A DNA stretch of 63,431 nucleotides, counting the filler, from Octopus bimaculoides (taxonomy: Eukaryota): the NCBI RefSeq assembly GCF_001194135.2. It is 6 parts of 5 records of this genome, joined end to end, with 100 filler letters (N's around TTAATTAATTAA, not from the genome) between each part and the next. Parts side by side here need not be neighbours in the genome. Positions count along the whole stretch, not along the records: positions 1 to 15,670 come from NC_068987.1; positions 15,771 to 40,836 come from NC_068994.1; 4 more parts are not named here. One strand, 5' to 3'. Of the stretch, positions 12,675 through 25,077 are shown one piece after another. Each line of letters opens with the position of its first letter. Position 1 is the stretch's first letter. Below the pieces are notes generated by a model. It saw nothing but the letters and a program-made list of their open reading frames with translations. It ran no database searches and had not been told where the DNA came from. The translations under genes were made by a program, and so were the position numbers.

Positions 12675-12916
12675 AACTTCTGGACTTCACTTTCTCAAGT
12701 CCCAGGCCTCATCAAGCTGGTTACCCGTCTTCCAAGGCGTATAAGGGACCAGGATTACAACGGTCGCCCTCTGAGCGGGACGCCAGTCTATCACAGAGCT
12801 CCTCATTTACAGCTGAACGTGAAATGAAGCGTTTTGCTCAACAACTCAAAGCGCTACCCGCTCTTGGAATTGAAACTACGATCTTACAGTGGTGAGTGCC
12901 ATACCGTTACCACTAA
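12675..12916 (-). mobile_element. tRNA-derived SINE with a V-domain-like centre
   Basis: Minus head tagtggtaacggtatggcactcaccactgtaagatcgtagtttcaattcc; centre ctgtgatagactggcgtcccg resembles the V-SINE domain; (GAT)n tail. Confidence 0.5.
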
Positions 12917-14019
12917 TGTCAGGATCCGATAAATGACAGAAGGTTGGTGTCGAAATTGATGTTGTCGGTATCGTAAATCAGATTCTTGATGTTGCTAGTA
13001 CATGTACGGCTAACTTTCAAAGAATTCTTGTTTTAATGATTCTGTGGTACCTGTATCCATCTGGAAAATACATATATATATATATATANNNNNNNNNNAC
13101 TTATTAGGTCTCTCAAGAGTGCTGATGGTGACATGAAATCCAGTACAACCTGTTGCATGGTCGGGTTATCAGTGACTAAACCGGCACTGCACTAGGCTTG
13201 TCTGGTGAGGCGGGTCGCTTGAGACCCATGAGGACTAAAAACTAGACCTGTCGAAAGGACAGATGAACCTAGTGTAGGTTCAACGACAATCTAGCAATAG
13301 CATGGGCCCTCAGAGATTCGCGTGGGTGTCTGTTGTGCTGGAAGACCAGTGGGAGTGAAGCACCCTTTAGATTTTGTTAAAGATGTCTCTAGAACCTGTT
13401 TCAAATCTTGGCAGCGTTTGCTCCGATAATCAGTGGTAGCTTGGTCGGCGATATTTTTCTGCAACGGTGGACAATCGACGGTAAGATGAGCTGCTACGAT
13501 TCACACTGTCCTAAAGTATGAATGCATGTGACCGAGGACCACGTGTGAACTTGTATTTCCACTGAAACTCCGAACATGACTCGTTTGTCGGAGCCGACTC
13601 AACCCACGCCGGATGAATGCTACCCCAAACACAAGTACAAGTAATATAAGGCAAAGAAGAAGGTCTTTCTTGCTCAACACGATGAAATACTCGCCAGTTA
13701 TATCAGCGATAAGTACTGGGAACTGTTGTACTAGTTAGACTTTCTTAAATACCAGTCTTAAAATGGTTAACCTAGAGTTCGTATTGAGTACGGTATAAGG
13801 AATACACGGGGATCAGTGGCGGGCTGGCCAGGTTGCCAGTTTGCGCGATGGCAAGTGGGCCCCTGCGCCATTAGAATCCATATATGGGGGCCCATGTTAA
13901 TATCTAAGGGACCCATCCCCTCAAGTTTGAGAATTTTTTAATTCACTCCTGGAAGAATGCATTAATTATTTCAGCCTGGCTGTATTTGTAGACAGTTGAA
14001 AAGAATACTTCTAACAACA

Positions 14020-14590
14020 ACACATTGAAACTGTAAATAACAACTGGAATTGCTAAGGAATTTATGGTTAATACCTTCTTGCGTGCATTTAACTCAGATT
14101 TGAGGATTGCTCGAACCCTCCTGTACCATTCCTTCCTGATCTCCTCTTTCATGCTTGCATGTTGAATGCCAGAACCCTCATTTATTCCGAAGTATTTGTA
14201 AGTTTGTTCCTGCTCGAGTTCTTTTATGATTGTGTCAACATCCAACACCACTGAATGTGAGGTCTTCAATGGAAAGCGGCCTTGACACATTTATTAGGAC
14301 CAAGTTCCTTTCCAATATCATCACTGAGTGTTTTCACAATACGTAATATGCCTTCAAGCTCATCATTGTCTTTGCCATAGAGCCGTAAGTCATCCATATA
14401 AAACAGATGACTTATTGTCTTTTCGATTCTATACCCAAACGCTGTTAAGCTTACTTGTAAGGGGCATTAGGGCTATGCAAAAAAATTAGAGGAGGAAGTG
14501 AGTCACGTTTGAAAATGCTACAATTGATATATTGTTTGAAGTCAGTTCTCCATTAGAATGGTATGAGTGGAGATTCGTATTCTTCACTGA
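14020..14590 (-). mobile_element. R4/Dong-like non-LTR retrotransposon RT fragment
   Basis: LLFCIALMPL, decayed YMDD region, TYKYFGINEGSGIQHASMKEEIRKEWYRRVRAILKSELNARKKVLTINSLAIPVVIYSF. Confidence 0.8.
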
Positions 14591-14790
14591 ATCGTTAGCA
14601 CGCTGGACGAAATGCTTTGCGGTATTTAGCCCGTCGCTACGTTGTGAGTTTAAATTCCGCCGAGGTCGACTTTACCTTTCAACCTTTCGGAGTCGATAAA
14701 TTAAGTACCAGTTGTGTACTGGGGTTGATGTAATCGAATTAAGCCCTCCTCTCAAATTTCAGACCTTGTGCCTTTATTAGAAAGGATTAT
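14580..14790 (+). mobile_element. tRNA-derived SINE, family B
   Basis: gaatcgttagcacgctggacgaaatgc...gagtttaaattccgccgaggtcgacttt...ggagtcgataaattaagtaccag, with (TTA)n tail; matches 42541-42985. Confidence 0.8.
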
Positions 14791-15424
14791 TGTTATTATT
14801 ATAGCTCAGGGAGATTTGCGACTGTCTTGTAATAATGTGTCCTTCCTATGAGGTGTGATTGGAGCTGCTATTTCTAGCAGCCAGAAACAAAACCATTGGT
14901 TTATAAGAGTGCGTGTGCGTGCGAGTGTAATGTGCTGCAGTGTGTGTATCTATGTGTGTGTGTGTGTATGTGTATGCGCGTCTGTATACAAATGTGTTGC
15001 AGTCTGTGTATGCATGTGTATATATATATACTGCAGTGTGTGTGTGTGTGTATACTCGTGTGGTTGCAGTCTGTATGTATGTGTGTGTGTGTAGAGGTGT
15101 TTGTGTGATGTCATTCCCCGAATGAATGCGCGATGAGATTTGCGTGCGTGTATGCGTGCGCATGTGTTGTGTGTGTATGTTTGTATACATACATAATGTG
15201 TGTATGGATTTATATATATATACATATAATCATTTGACTGCGGCCATACTGGAGCACCACCTTTAGTCGAGCAAGTCGACTCCAGAACGTATTCTTTGTA
15301 AGCCTAGTACTTATTCTATCGGGCACTTTTGCCGAACCACTAAGTTACGGGGATGTAAACACACCAACATCGGTTGTCAAGTGAGTTTGATGGGACAAAT
15401 ACAGACACAAGCATATACACACAC

Positions 15425-15478
<54 letters not shown>

Positions 15479-15670
15479 TTATAAATATTATATGTATGTA
15501 TATAAAGTAAAGTGCACAGAAAATACTCAATACATGAAATAGAGTATGTTTCTAGGTTATCATGGCATGAGTCAGGCGACTGTTACTCAGTTCTACATAC
15601 ACGTCAGCACGTACTTTTGTATATATGCGTGTATATCACACACACACACACACACATATTTTATATATAT

Positions 15671-15770
15671 NNNNNNNNNNNNNNNNNNNNNNNNNNNNNN
15701 NNNNNNNNNNNNNNTTAATTAATTAANNNNNNNNNNNNNNNNNNNNNNNNNNNNNNNNNNNNNNNNNNNN
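15671..15770. other. Artificial scaffold-joining linker
   Basis: 44 N + TTAATTAATTAA (stop codons in all six frames) + 44 N = 100 bp; identical to four other linkers. Confidence 0.95.
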
Positions 15771-16096
15771 TATATATATATATATATGCAGTTTCCATCT
15801 ACCAAATCCACTCAAGGTTTTGGTCGGCCTGAGGCTATAGTAGAAGACACTTGCCCAACGTGTCACACCTATATTAATAAAATTTTTTGAAAATATATAA
15901 AAACTAAATAAATTATTAGTCTGGTCTTTTCTGTCTTCCCACGTGGCTGACCAACTTACCATTGTGTGGAACCAATGAAGAATTTATGACAAAAGACCAC
16001 TAAAGTGTCTTTTATGAACTGCAGACTTTTGCAAGAAACAAACATCCCCATTTTCTTTAATCTATGTATTAAAGTTATTCTCTCTTTATTCTTCAG

Positions 16097-16283
16097 TTGA
16101 TGGTGCTGAGGACCAAACTAACAAAGCCGGAACTTCAACAGAGAATTCAGGAAACGAACAGCAATCACCTTCTAAGAAAATCTCCATCGATCATCTTGTC
16201 AATGACATTGGTGCTTTGTCTCCAATAGTGGAAATGACAAATGACGAAATTGCATCTTGGCTTCATTATCACAAATTGGCTGA
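16097..16283 (+). CDS. Exon A of a gene 3' end with a C-terminal SAM-like domain
   Basis: Strong acceptor ctctttattcttcag|; open frame DGAEDQTNKAG...MTNDEIASWLHYHKLA; phase-2 donor GA|GTAGTG (weak) fits the next exon. Confidence 0.7.
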
Positions 16284-16399
16284 GTAGTGATGTTTTTACA
16301 GTTTTGTTAATGTTATCCTTTTGTAGAATCGCTTTCTTAACTGGCGCTCCATCAGTTATCATGATGGAAGTTTCACTTGATCCAATTAATGGAACAATC

Positions 16400-16640
16400 T
16401 ACTCATGAGACACTCCACAGACACACGTACTTTTAACATAGTTCTCAGGGAGATTTAGCGTAACACAGAATGTGACAAGGTGGGCCCTTTGAATTATAGA
16501 GACAACTCATTTTTGCCAGCTGAATGAACTGGAGCAATGTGAAATTAAATGTCATGCTCAAAGACCCAATATGCCACCAAGAATCGAACTCACAAGCTTA
16601 TGAGTGAGAGCCAAACAACCTTACCACTAAGCCATGTGAC
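16400..16640 (-). mobile_element. SINE family C in intron
   Basis: Reverse complement of the family C head and body (ttaccactaagccat...aatcgaactcac...gccagctgaatgaactggagc). Confidence 0.7.
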
Positions 16641-17051
16641 TTCAAAATATCTTAACAAAAACACTGATACAAGCAGTGCGGGGGGGGCAGAGGTTTTAGC
16701 AATGAGAAATGATAGGTTAATGGTGATCTGCCTTATTATAGGTTCCATTATTTTGTGACCTTTGTGACAAATCATTATCTTTTCTCTTTGATTGTTCTCT
16801 TCCAAAACCTTTCATAAATTATTCAGTTTTGTGCAAGATTGTCCAACATACACCTTTCCCTATATACTTTGTGTATTTTAGGAGCATAACCGAATTATTG
16901 CAGATAAATTTTAGCACCAAAATCTTATATGGACTCCTAAGGGTCGTGTGGACCCTGATTGAAAACCACTGCTCTAGTTTCTATCCATTGTCAGATACAG
17001 TCAAAGAGTTTGCTAGGTTTCTTACCATTATTCTAATTTTGTTAATTGCAG

Positions 17052-17118
17052 ATACAGTGAGGCTTTTTCTCAGTTTGATGGCAAAATGTTATTTCAGCTG
17101 AGTGAGATGAAAAAAGAG
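17052..17118 (+). CDS. Exon B of the SAM-like-domain gene
   Basis: taattgcag|A TAC AGT...AAA GAG|gtaatt; encodes (E)YSEAFSQFDGKMLFQLSEMKKE; phases 2 and 0 match the flanking exons. Confidence 0.8.
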
Positions 17119-17231
17119 GTAATTCTTTATATCATATACATACATATATATATAACCCAATACAAGGAAACAGGCTCCTCTTGGAGGGATGGAAACATTC
17201 AAGTTTAACTGGTTCGTTATCCAATATTCTT

Positions 17232-17334
17232 TTATTTGTTTCAGTCATTTGACTGTGGTCACGCTGGAGCACCGCCTTTTAGTCAAAGAAATCGATCCCA
17301 GGACGTATATATATACATCCTGGGGTCGTATATG

Positions 17335-17396
<62 letters not shown>

Positions 17397-17550
17397 CGAT
17401 GGGCTTCTTTCAGTTTCCATCTACCAAATCCACTCACAAAGCTTTGGTCGGCCCGAGGCTATAGTAGAAGACACTTGCCCAAGGTGCCACGCAGTGGGAC
17501 TGAACCTGGAACCATGTGGTCAGTAAGAAAGCTACTTACCACACAGCCAC
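17232..17550 (-). mobile_element. SINE family A, near full length, in intron
   Basis: Head, central (TA)n and tail all present. Confidence 0.85.
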
Positions 17551-17846
17551 TCGGATTTCTTTCAGATCCACTCACAAGGCTCCAGAACTATAGTAGAAAA
17601 TACTTGCTTAAGGTCCTTCACCACAAAATCATGTGGTTAGCAAATGAACATCTTTAACCATACAACAATGCCTGCACTTCATGACTTATTAAGATAAAAA
17701 AAACTTTGGAATCCATAAATGGATTACTTATTGGGACAAAACTAGTTGACAAATTAATATGATATAATCATTTACTCGCTTGAATTCAGTCAGAAGTGAA
17801 AAATCAATGATAGAGCTGTGTTTTGCTTATGAAATTTTATTAATCC

Positions 17847-18412
17847 ACTAGCAGCTAAGCCCAGTTTCACCCAGTCAGTTTGGAAGATGTGGCTATAAAA
17901 CCTGCTCTGTGTATCAGCATTTGATTTGTTCGGGCATGCTTACGTTGCCCAACCAAAATTCAACCAAATCAAAAAATAAACCCAAATATTAAGCAAGCAA
18001 AGATGAACCATCCCACTTCCATTGCGCGCACACATGCACACACGCACAAACATACACACACATATACATTCACATACCGCCCTTTTACATACACACACAT
18101 ATATTCACACAGAGTTGAAACGCTGTTTGATTTATTTTTTCAGCATGCAATTTTCATCATCCCACTACCAAATATGACATCACCTCTTCCTTCTTTATTC
18201 ATCTATCACCCCTTCCTTTCTCATTCATAAACACTAGAGTATTATTACAGTAGATTATCTCGGTAACCATGGGAGCTATGAAAAAATACACAGCCCAGCA
18301 ACACCACCGGATCATTCTACATATCTGTGTAATTTCTCGCGCAATTCCACCCAGCCGTTTGACCGTGAATCCCAAGATAAGAAAGAAACACCCATGTCAA
18401 ATTTATATGTAT
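17847..18412 (+). mobile_element. Possible non-autonomous Helitron-like element in intron
   Basis: Starts actagcagctaagcccagtttcacccagt; contains a (CA)n block; ends cagccgtttgaccgtgaatcc...aaatttatatgtata, the layout of Lep1-type elements. Confidence 0.4.
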
Positions 18413-18458
18413 AAATTTTATTAACAATCTTTTGTAAATTCATTTTTGTATTTTGCAG

Positions 18459-18557
18459 GCTCCTGAATATTTTTATCAATGCATGGAGAAGAAAATGAAC
18501 ATGTCTTTGGTGGATACTCTTCGATTTACGGCAGCTTTGGCATCAATAAAGAAATAG
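18459..18557 (+). CDS. Terminal exon C of the SAM-like-domain gene
   Basis: ttttgtattttgcag|GCT CCT GAA...AAG AAA TAG; encodes APEYFYQCMEKKMNMSLVDTLRFTAALASIKK*; AATAAA at 18721. Confidence 0.8.
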   Translation, partial: APEYFYQCMEKKMNMSLVDTLRFTAALASIKK

Positions 18558-20239
18558 AAATATCCACAAAAGTTCTTACCATTTTCATCGTTTCCACACA
18601 GTCATTGAAGAGACAAGCAGTGCTGTGACCAAACAGCTCGCCTCAACTAACTGCCTCGAGGAAGTGACTTCACAGCATTGGAGAAAATAACGAACCATGA
18701 CCTCAAAAGGTGTCCAGAAAAATAAAATTTGTTAAAAGATATATTTATTTTCAGTGAAACAGAGTTTACTAAGAGAAGTGGTCTGTATTTATTTGGTCAA
18801 ACGGAAGAGTTTAAAGTGACAAAATTTACATGCGTTATTAATTATCGGTTTGTATAATTCATTGGTATTATTGAAGACTTAAGATTGAAGACTAAGTGCT
18901 GTTTGTATACATATCAATGAATATACATTCACGTGTATTTGCAGAGATGTGTTCAAATATATACTAATAATTCATATATGTAACACACAAAATATATATT
19001 TATTTACGTAAATGCATGGAAAATTTGGGGAAAACTATGTTGAAAAAAATAACAATATGCAAAAAGAAAATAACAACATATATTTATTTCTATTTATTTC
19101 AGTTTAATTACGGCTAAATTTTAAAATTTACATTTAAATTTTAGTCTGGAAAACTCAATGATCAGTTTAAAAATTCTAAAAAAAAATTAATTAAATAAAA
19201 ATAAAATCACAAAACATTGATCTGATTGGAAGTATCTTTGGTTACTTGTTCAATGGACAAATAATTTTATTAGAAAAACTTTAAAGACTGAATTTTTGCA
19301 AATTTTTCTAAGGAAAAAGTAAGAAACAATTTCATTATTGTTTAAGTATTCATGAAAATGGATGGCATTTCTGGAGTTATTTGTTAATTATTTTTTTACC
19401 ATTCAACTGTTAATTTGTAAATTGAAACTGTAAGTTTAATTTCACTGAAAAGTCTCAGAGTATTATCTAAACGGTCAGGTTTTGATTAACCTAAACAGAA
19501 TAATTATAGGAAATATTAAAAAATATTTAAATTTAATGAAGGATGATGGGTATTTACTACAAAGATAGATAAACAAATAAATAAAACCTCTAAATTATGT
19601 AGTCATCTTCATCAAAAGTGTAATTTGGGTTTTTCCTTTGAGAAGATGTGTTGGCCATATTTTACTATAAACGTTGATTGGTCCAAAGATTTTCCTGTTT
19701 GTGTTACATAAAGAATATATTGTTGGATAATTGAATGGTGAATTGTTCTGTTTTTATAACCTATTAAAATAATAAACTTTGGAATCCATTAATGGATTAT
19801 TTATAGAAACAAATCTAGTCAAAGAGTTGTTTATTGATGTAACTATGTTTGTTGTTTACCTCCTTTAGAAATGAACAAGAAAGAGAAAGATATAGCTCTG
19901 GTTTGATTTTGTCGGGATTTTTTCACGTGAAGTTTTAAAAAGTATTTGATATTTCCCTCCCACCAATTTGCATATTACAAAGAATTCAGATGAACACAAA
20001 ACCTGTTTGTCTAGTTTATTTTACATCCACAAAATTCTTAATCAAGTACTGAACAAGGAGGATTGAAAATGTGGTTGCTCTCTCAATGTTGTCTCGTCCT
20101 ATTACAAATTAATGTTTACAGAAACAGATATTACCATCTCTCTGTTACACACCAGAGTTATTGCCCTTTGTGTATTGTCAGACCATCATCATCACCATTG
20201 CTATCACCATCTTCATCGTTATTATTCAACATCTGTTTT

Positions 20240-20565
20240 CCATTTCCATGCTGGCATGGGTTGGATGGTTCGACTGGGGTCTGGGAAGCCAGGAGGCTGC
20301 ACCAGGCTCCAGACTGATCTGGCAGAGTTTCTACAGCTGGATGCCCTTCCTAACACCAACCACGCTGAGAGTGTACTGGGTGCTTTTTACGTGCCACCGG
20401 CACAGTGCCAGAGGAGGCTGGCAACAACCACGATCGGTTGGTGCTTTTTACATGCCACTGGCATAGGAACCAGTCGAGGTGGTGCTGATATCGGCCACAT
20501 TCGGATGGTGCTTTTTATATGCTACTGGCATGGGGATGACAACTACAATTTCCATTTGATTTTGA
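20240..20565 (-). mobile_element. SINE family D (GAT-tailed) with internal tandem units
   Basis: ttccatgctggcatgggttgga...ttctacagctggatgcccttcc shared with 27055, 27240, 28615 and 30585. Confidence 0.75.
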
Positions 20566-20684
20566 TTTCAATGGTATTGTTATAACAATATAATACAGAG
20601 TCAAACAAACATGACTCCAGCCATGACGAGACATCTGAAAGAGTTGATATCAAGATTATTTATTCACAAGGGATGCATATCCAA

Positions 20685-21270
20685 CACACATGGTCTTCGT
20701 AATTCGTACGTCTTGCCTGTCCCTCTTCTTTATGATAACGTAGTCGATGAGGTGCCAGTGCTTTGAGCAGAGATGCACCCATGACGTTCTGTTGCGGATG
20801 GGGAGGTTAAAGATGGTGTTGGTGATCATGAGGCCATGCTCTGCACAGGTCTGGAGGAGTAGCAGACCGTTGCTGTTGCAGTTGTCAACCCCATGTTTCC
20901 CAATCACTCCTTCCCAGGAGACACTATCACGACCAACTCTCGCATTGAAGTCACCGAGAAGGATGAGTTTGTCTGTGCGGGGAGCCACGGTGATGACAGA
21001 GCTCAAGTCTTCATAGAACTTGTCCTTGGTGTCATTTGGATTCATCATAGTGGGGTCATGGGCGCTGACAATGGTGGTGTACTGCTGTCCACAACAAAGA
21101 GGGAGTCTCATCGTCATTAGGCGATCCTTCATACCTTTTTGAAGACCAACCAACTTGCCAGCCAATGTCGACTTAACTGCAAAGCCAACTCCAGCCTCTC
21201 TTCTCTCTTCAGGTCCACATCCACTCCAAAAGAAAGTGTACCCTGCACCTTTTTCTTGTAGTTCGCCTTC
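20685..21270 (-). mobile_element. RTE (BovB-like) LINE APE-endonuclease fragment, inverted segment
   Basis: GAGYTFFWSG...GVGFAV...LILLGDFNARVG...NSNGLLLL...HWHLIDYVI...RQDVRITKTMC. Confidence 0.9.
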
Positions 21271-21476
21271 GCAGAATGCTGGACAGATCACCGCCTTGTT
21301 GTATCCAAACTCAGCCCAAGAGATGACCACAAAATAGCAAAGCACCAAAACGCTTGAACATTGGCAAGCAGGATAGCAACATCAAGCAAGCTATTTACCA
21401 ATTCATTGGAGCAACGCTTGGACCCCATTGTGCTACACGGCAAGGATATTGAGGAAGCCTGGGCTGCACTCCGGCA
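21271..21476 (+). mobile_element. RTE LINE continuation, forward segment
   Basis: + strand reads AECWTDHRLVVSKL...QPKR*PQNSKAPKRLNIGK...NSLEQRLDPIVLHGKDIEEAWAALR, the residues that normally follow TKTMCG. Confidence 0.8.
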
Positions 21477-21689
21477 CCGGCAACAACCAAGCTTGAATGG
21501 TGCTTTTTACGTGCCACTGGCACAGGAGCCAGTCAGATGGCACATACGAATATAAAATAGAACTTGTAGCCATATAAAACTTCTTTTTCCTGAATAGCTT
21601 CTGACAAGTTTCAAAAGCTAAAACATTGATATTTATAATTTCAATAAGAGTAAAATAAGTACAATAAAAAAGCTATAATAGTAACAATC

Positions 21690-21900
21690 ATCTTTATTAA
21701 CAAGTTCTCAATTCTGGGTCAAGTGTTTGTCCAAGTTGCATATCAACTTCCACTTGTAGAGCACTTTTTGAATTTTGTTTTTATACTTGTCAAACCAGAC
21801 AAGCTATTTTCACATAAATTTGTTGACTGAAATGGAAGCAGGATTTGTATAACCTTCGTGAAATAAGAAATGAAAAGGCCTAAAACGTTTTCAAAGTGAT
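21690..21900 (-). mobile_element. hAT (Buster/Charlie-like) transposase C-terminal remnant
   Basis: LPFQSTNLCENSLSGLTSIKTKF, then frameshifted QVEVDMQL. Confidence 0.6.
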
Positions 21901-22149
21901 TACCAGATTGTCAAAAGTTGTTTGGTGCTTCCATCACAATTAACAGATTTGCCTTCTGTAGTAACATTGAAGCCATGACTGAAAAGGATCTCAGTTTAGC
22001 ACATGCGAAATTATTATCCAAATCCCAAACAATTTTGCAGAATCCACACAAGAGAAAACAAGGCACTTTAAGACATGCATTAAACTCTGGTGACAATATG
22101 GGACCACATCCAACATTTAAATATAAATCTGCAGATTAAATGATATTTT

Positions 22150-22265
22150 ACCAAATGTATGTCCTGCTCTGAGAGATCTGTCAGCAAACTAAAACTCATC
22201 AAGAACTTCTTGAGAAGCACAATGACACAGGAAAGTATAACAGATCTAAAAGCATGTTATCTAAT
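22150..22265 (+). mobile_element. hAT transposase dimerisation-domain remnant
   Basis: ERSVSKLKLIKNFLRSTMTQESITDL. Confidence 0.7.
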
Positions 22266-22845
22266 ATAACAACCCCCACTTTTTTTTTTTAAGATGGAAG
22301 GGTGTGATTTAAGGGTGATTTGACTGTTACTTACAACAGGGTGAGTCACCACACACAACAGTGGTTTCCGACCTTTTCACAACTAAGAGGCCTTTTTACT
22401 TCATTAAATTTGCCAATAGACCCCCAAGCTTTTGAATGGGTTGTCTGCTAAAGAGACATCAGCTTATGCAGCCCTTAATACCTTCTCTGTGAATCCTCAG
22501 GGGTTCATAGAGTGCAAGTCGGGAGCTGCTGGCATAGAGGCTTCCTTGGTTTATATGCAAAGTGTCAAGAAAGCAGCTGAAGAACAAGAACATGATGTGT
22601 AGTGTTTAGCTGAGGCAAAGACAGCACAAATCATGGCCTGACATCTTGGGGAAGGAAAAACTACATCAGTTAATTTGGAGCATGGCAACATGATAAAGAA
22701 ATTCACTTTGCAATTATGAGACTCTCAATCAATCCCAGTTGGCATCTTTTTTTTTACCATAATCCCAGGTCAGTCCAAAGCTTGAGGTTGAAATTGGATG
22801 AACAGAAACTGTACAGAATCCCACATAATAAACCGTGGTTGTAAC

Positions 22846-23025
22846 TTAACCCGTTACCATTCAGATTACTCTGTTGAATGTAATTAATCATGAATTATTT
22901 ATCACAGGCAATAAAACTGAATAAAATTAGAAGGACATTGTCAAGTAGGTGTGAGAGGCCATATCTGGCCAGTTTAAACAGAAAACAAGTATAATATTTT
23001 GGGTGGAAATGGCTGGTTTAAATGC
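22846..23025 (+). mobile_element. Decayed copy of the piggyBac-like MITE at 24463
   Basis: Shares ttcagattactctg, gtgtgagaggcc and atggctggtttaaatgc. Confidence 0.6.
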
Positions 23026-23951
23026 CAATCCAATAGGCATGGGAGGCCAACTGAGCAAACATCTGAATACAACCCGAAACACCAAAGGAGACCCATTTTT
23101 AATGTCTGCCTGAAAAGAGATTGGTGGAATGGAATGTCTTTGACTAAGTAGACTTATCTGACACAGGAACACTGATTCTACTGGCCTTCATTTCTTGGTA
23201 CAACTTTCCACAATCATCCTTTAATGTCCATTTAACCACACAACCATTAATAAATAAATTATAGAACAAGCAATTATTTTGAAATTTTTTTTTTTTATTT
23301 TGAATAAAAAAATATTTGGGGGAAAAAAATTATATTAGTCATACCAAAGTCTCGTTATTGTTTAAAATAAAAATATTAAAAGAACAGTTTCCAGCAGCAA
23401 GTGAAATTCTGATAATTTCAAGACTCAGGAAATATTTAAAAACCATAAATTCAGGATAAGACATAATGGTCTTGGAACAGACTCGCTTCGTATAAAAACG
23501 TCTTTAAAAAAATCTAAGAAAACATGAACTGCTAACAAAGAATAGAATTCTTTGTTCAATCAATTTTATTAATTTTAGATTCCAAATTCATAAAATTGGC
23601 ATGTTTTTTTTTTAAATTTAAGCCACTACCAAGTATAAAACAAATAAAAAATAAATCAACTGTGGTGCCCCAGCATGACCACAGCTTTGAAGCTGAAACA
23701 ATTTAAAGATCTAAACTGAAATTCAAATTCAAACAAAAGATAATCAAAAATATAAAAAGGTATATATTTTTATCAATTAAAATTTTAATTTCAAAATTTT
23801 CATAAAATTTTAATTCAGATTTAAAAAATTTAAATTTTAGAATTTAATTCTTTTCTTTATTTTTTAAATCCAGTTTCACCTCAACCAGTGTAAACCCTGG
23901 ATTTTCTGTTTATATAAACATCAATTTTACAATTCTAAAATTTAATACTAC

Positions 23952-23983
<32 letters not shown>

Positions 23984-24462
23984 ATAAAAGTTAATCTGAA
24001 TCCCCATATTTGAAGTTTGACCCCAAAAATTACAAAATGAAGAATAAGTTCTGTTTCCATGCAGCACTTTTATTTTCGGATGGAAACATAATTGCATGTT
24101 CAATAAAATGTTCAATGCTGATGATCTGTTTCATTAGAAGGAATTTTACATTATAAATTATAAATCTTACATCACAGAAAACTCACTTTAACCCTTTCAG
24201 AACAGACAAACACTTATGCTTACTTTAGTTTATTTCTCATAAGTATTGCCAACAATGAATTCTTAAAAAAATTTCAGCATACTTCTGCAACCTGTTCACT
24301 GATAAAATTTCACAGGAAAATTCTTAAATTAAATCACAGCAAAGATTTGTAAAGAGTAACAAGATCTTGAAAGAGCATCTTGAATTTAAGATGTCTATTC
24401 ACTAACATGTATATTATCAATATGTGGAAGAAGAGAAATATTTCTTGGTCTTTTGCAGCTTA

Positions 24463-24691
24463 TTCAACCTTTTAGCTTTGAGATTACTCTGCTAAATATT
24501 ATGCTTACTTTTTCACAACTTTTGAATTAATCACGCGTTATCTCATAGCTTCGAGATTTTGATGAGGTGATTGCTTGTTTTTAAAATGACATTGTAGCAT
24601 AGGGTGTGAGAGGCCAAATCTCGCCAGTTTGAACATAAAACAGGTACAATATTTGGGCCAGATATGGCTGGTTTAAATGCTAAAGGATTAA
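24463..24691 (+). mobile_element. MITE of about 230 bp with piggyBac-like ends
   Basis: Left ttcaacctttagc, right gctaaaggattaa (imperfect TIRs bounded by TTAA-like sites); second copy at 22846. Confidence 0.6.
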
Positions 24692-24954
24692 AGTAAAGGA
24701 GTATGTATGTTATTTAAATGTCAATAATTCTAAACAGTCATAATCAAATATTTCAAATGTTTACATGCAATCGTACGGCTCAAATATAAAGAACACAGAC
24801 TTTACCATTTTCTTCACATACAAAACAAATAGTATTTGAAGCCTCAGCCTCAAGAATTATTAGTAATAGGCAGTGTAAGTATTAACAATAGGTATCATAT
24901 GGCTAAATAGGTATCACACAGCTAAAAAGACAAAATTTTAGAAACCTATATATA

Positions 24955-24995
<41 letters not shown>

Positions 24996-25077
24996 AGGTA
25001 TAAAAGATCTAGCTGTACTTGTAATATTTTCTGAAATTAAAGTTAGTTGCCAGGAATTCAAGTATACATTAGGCACT

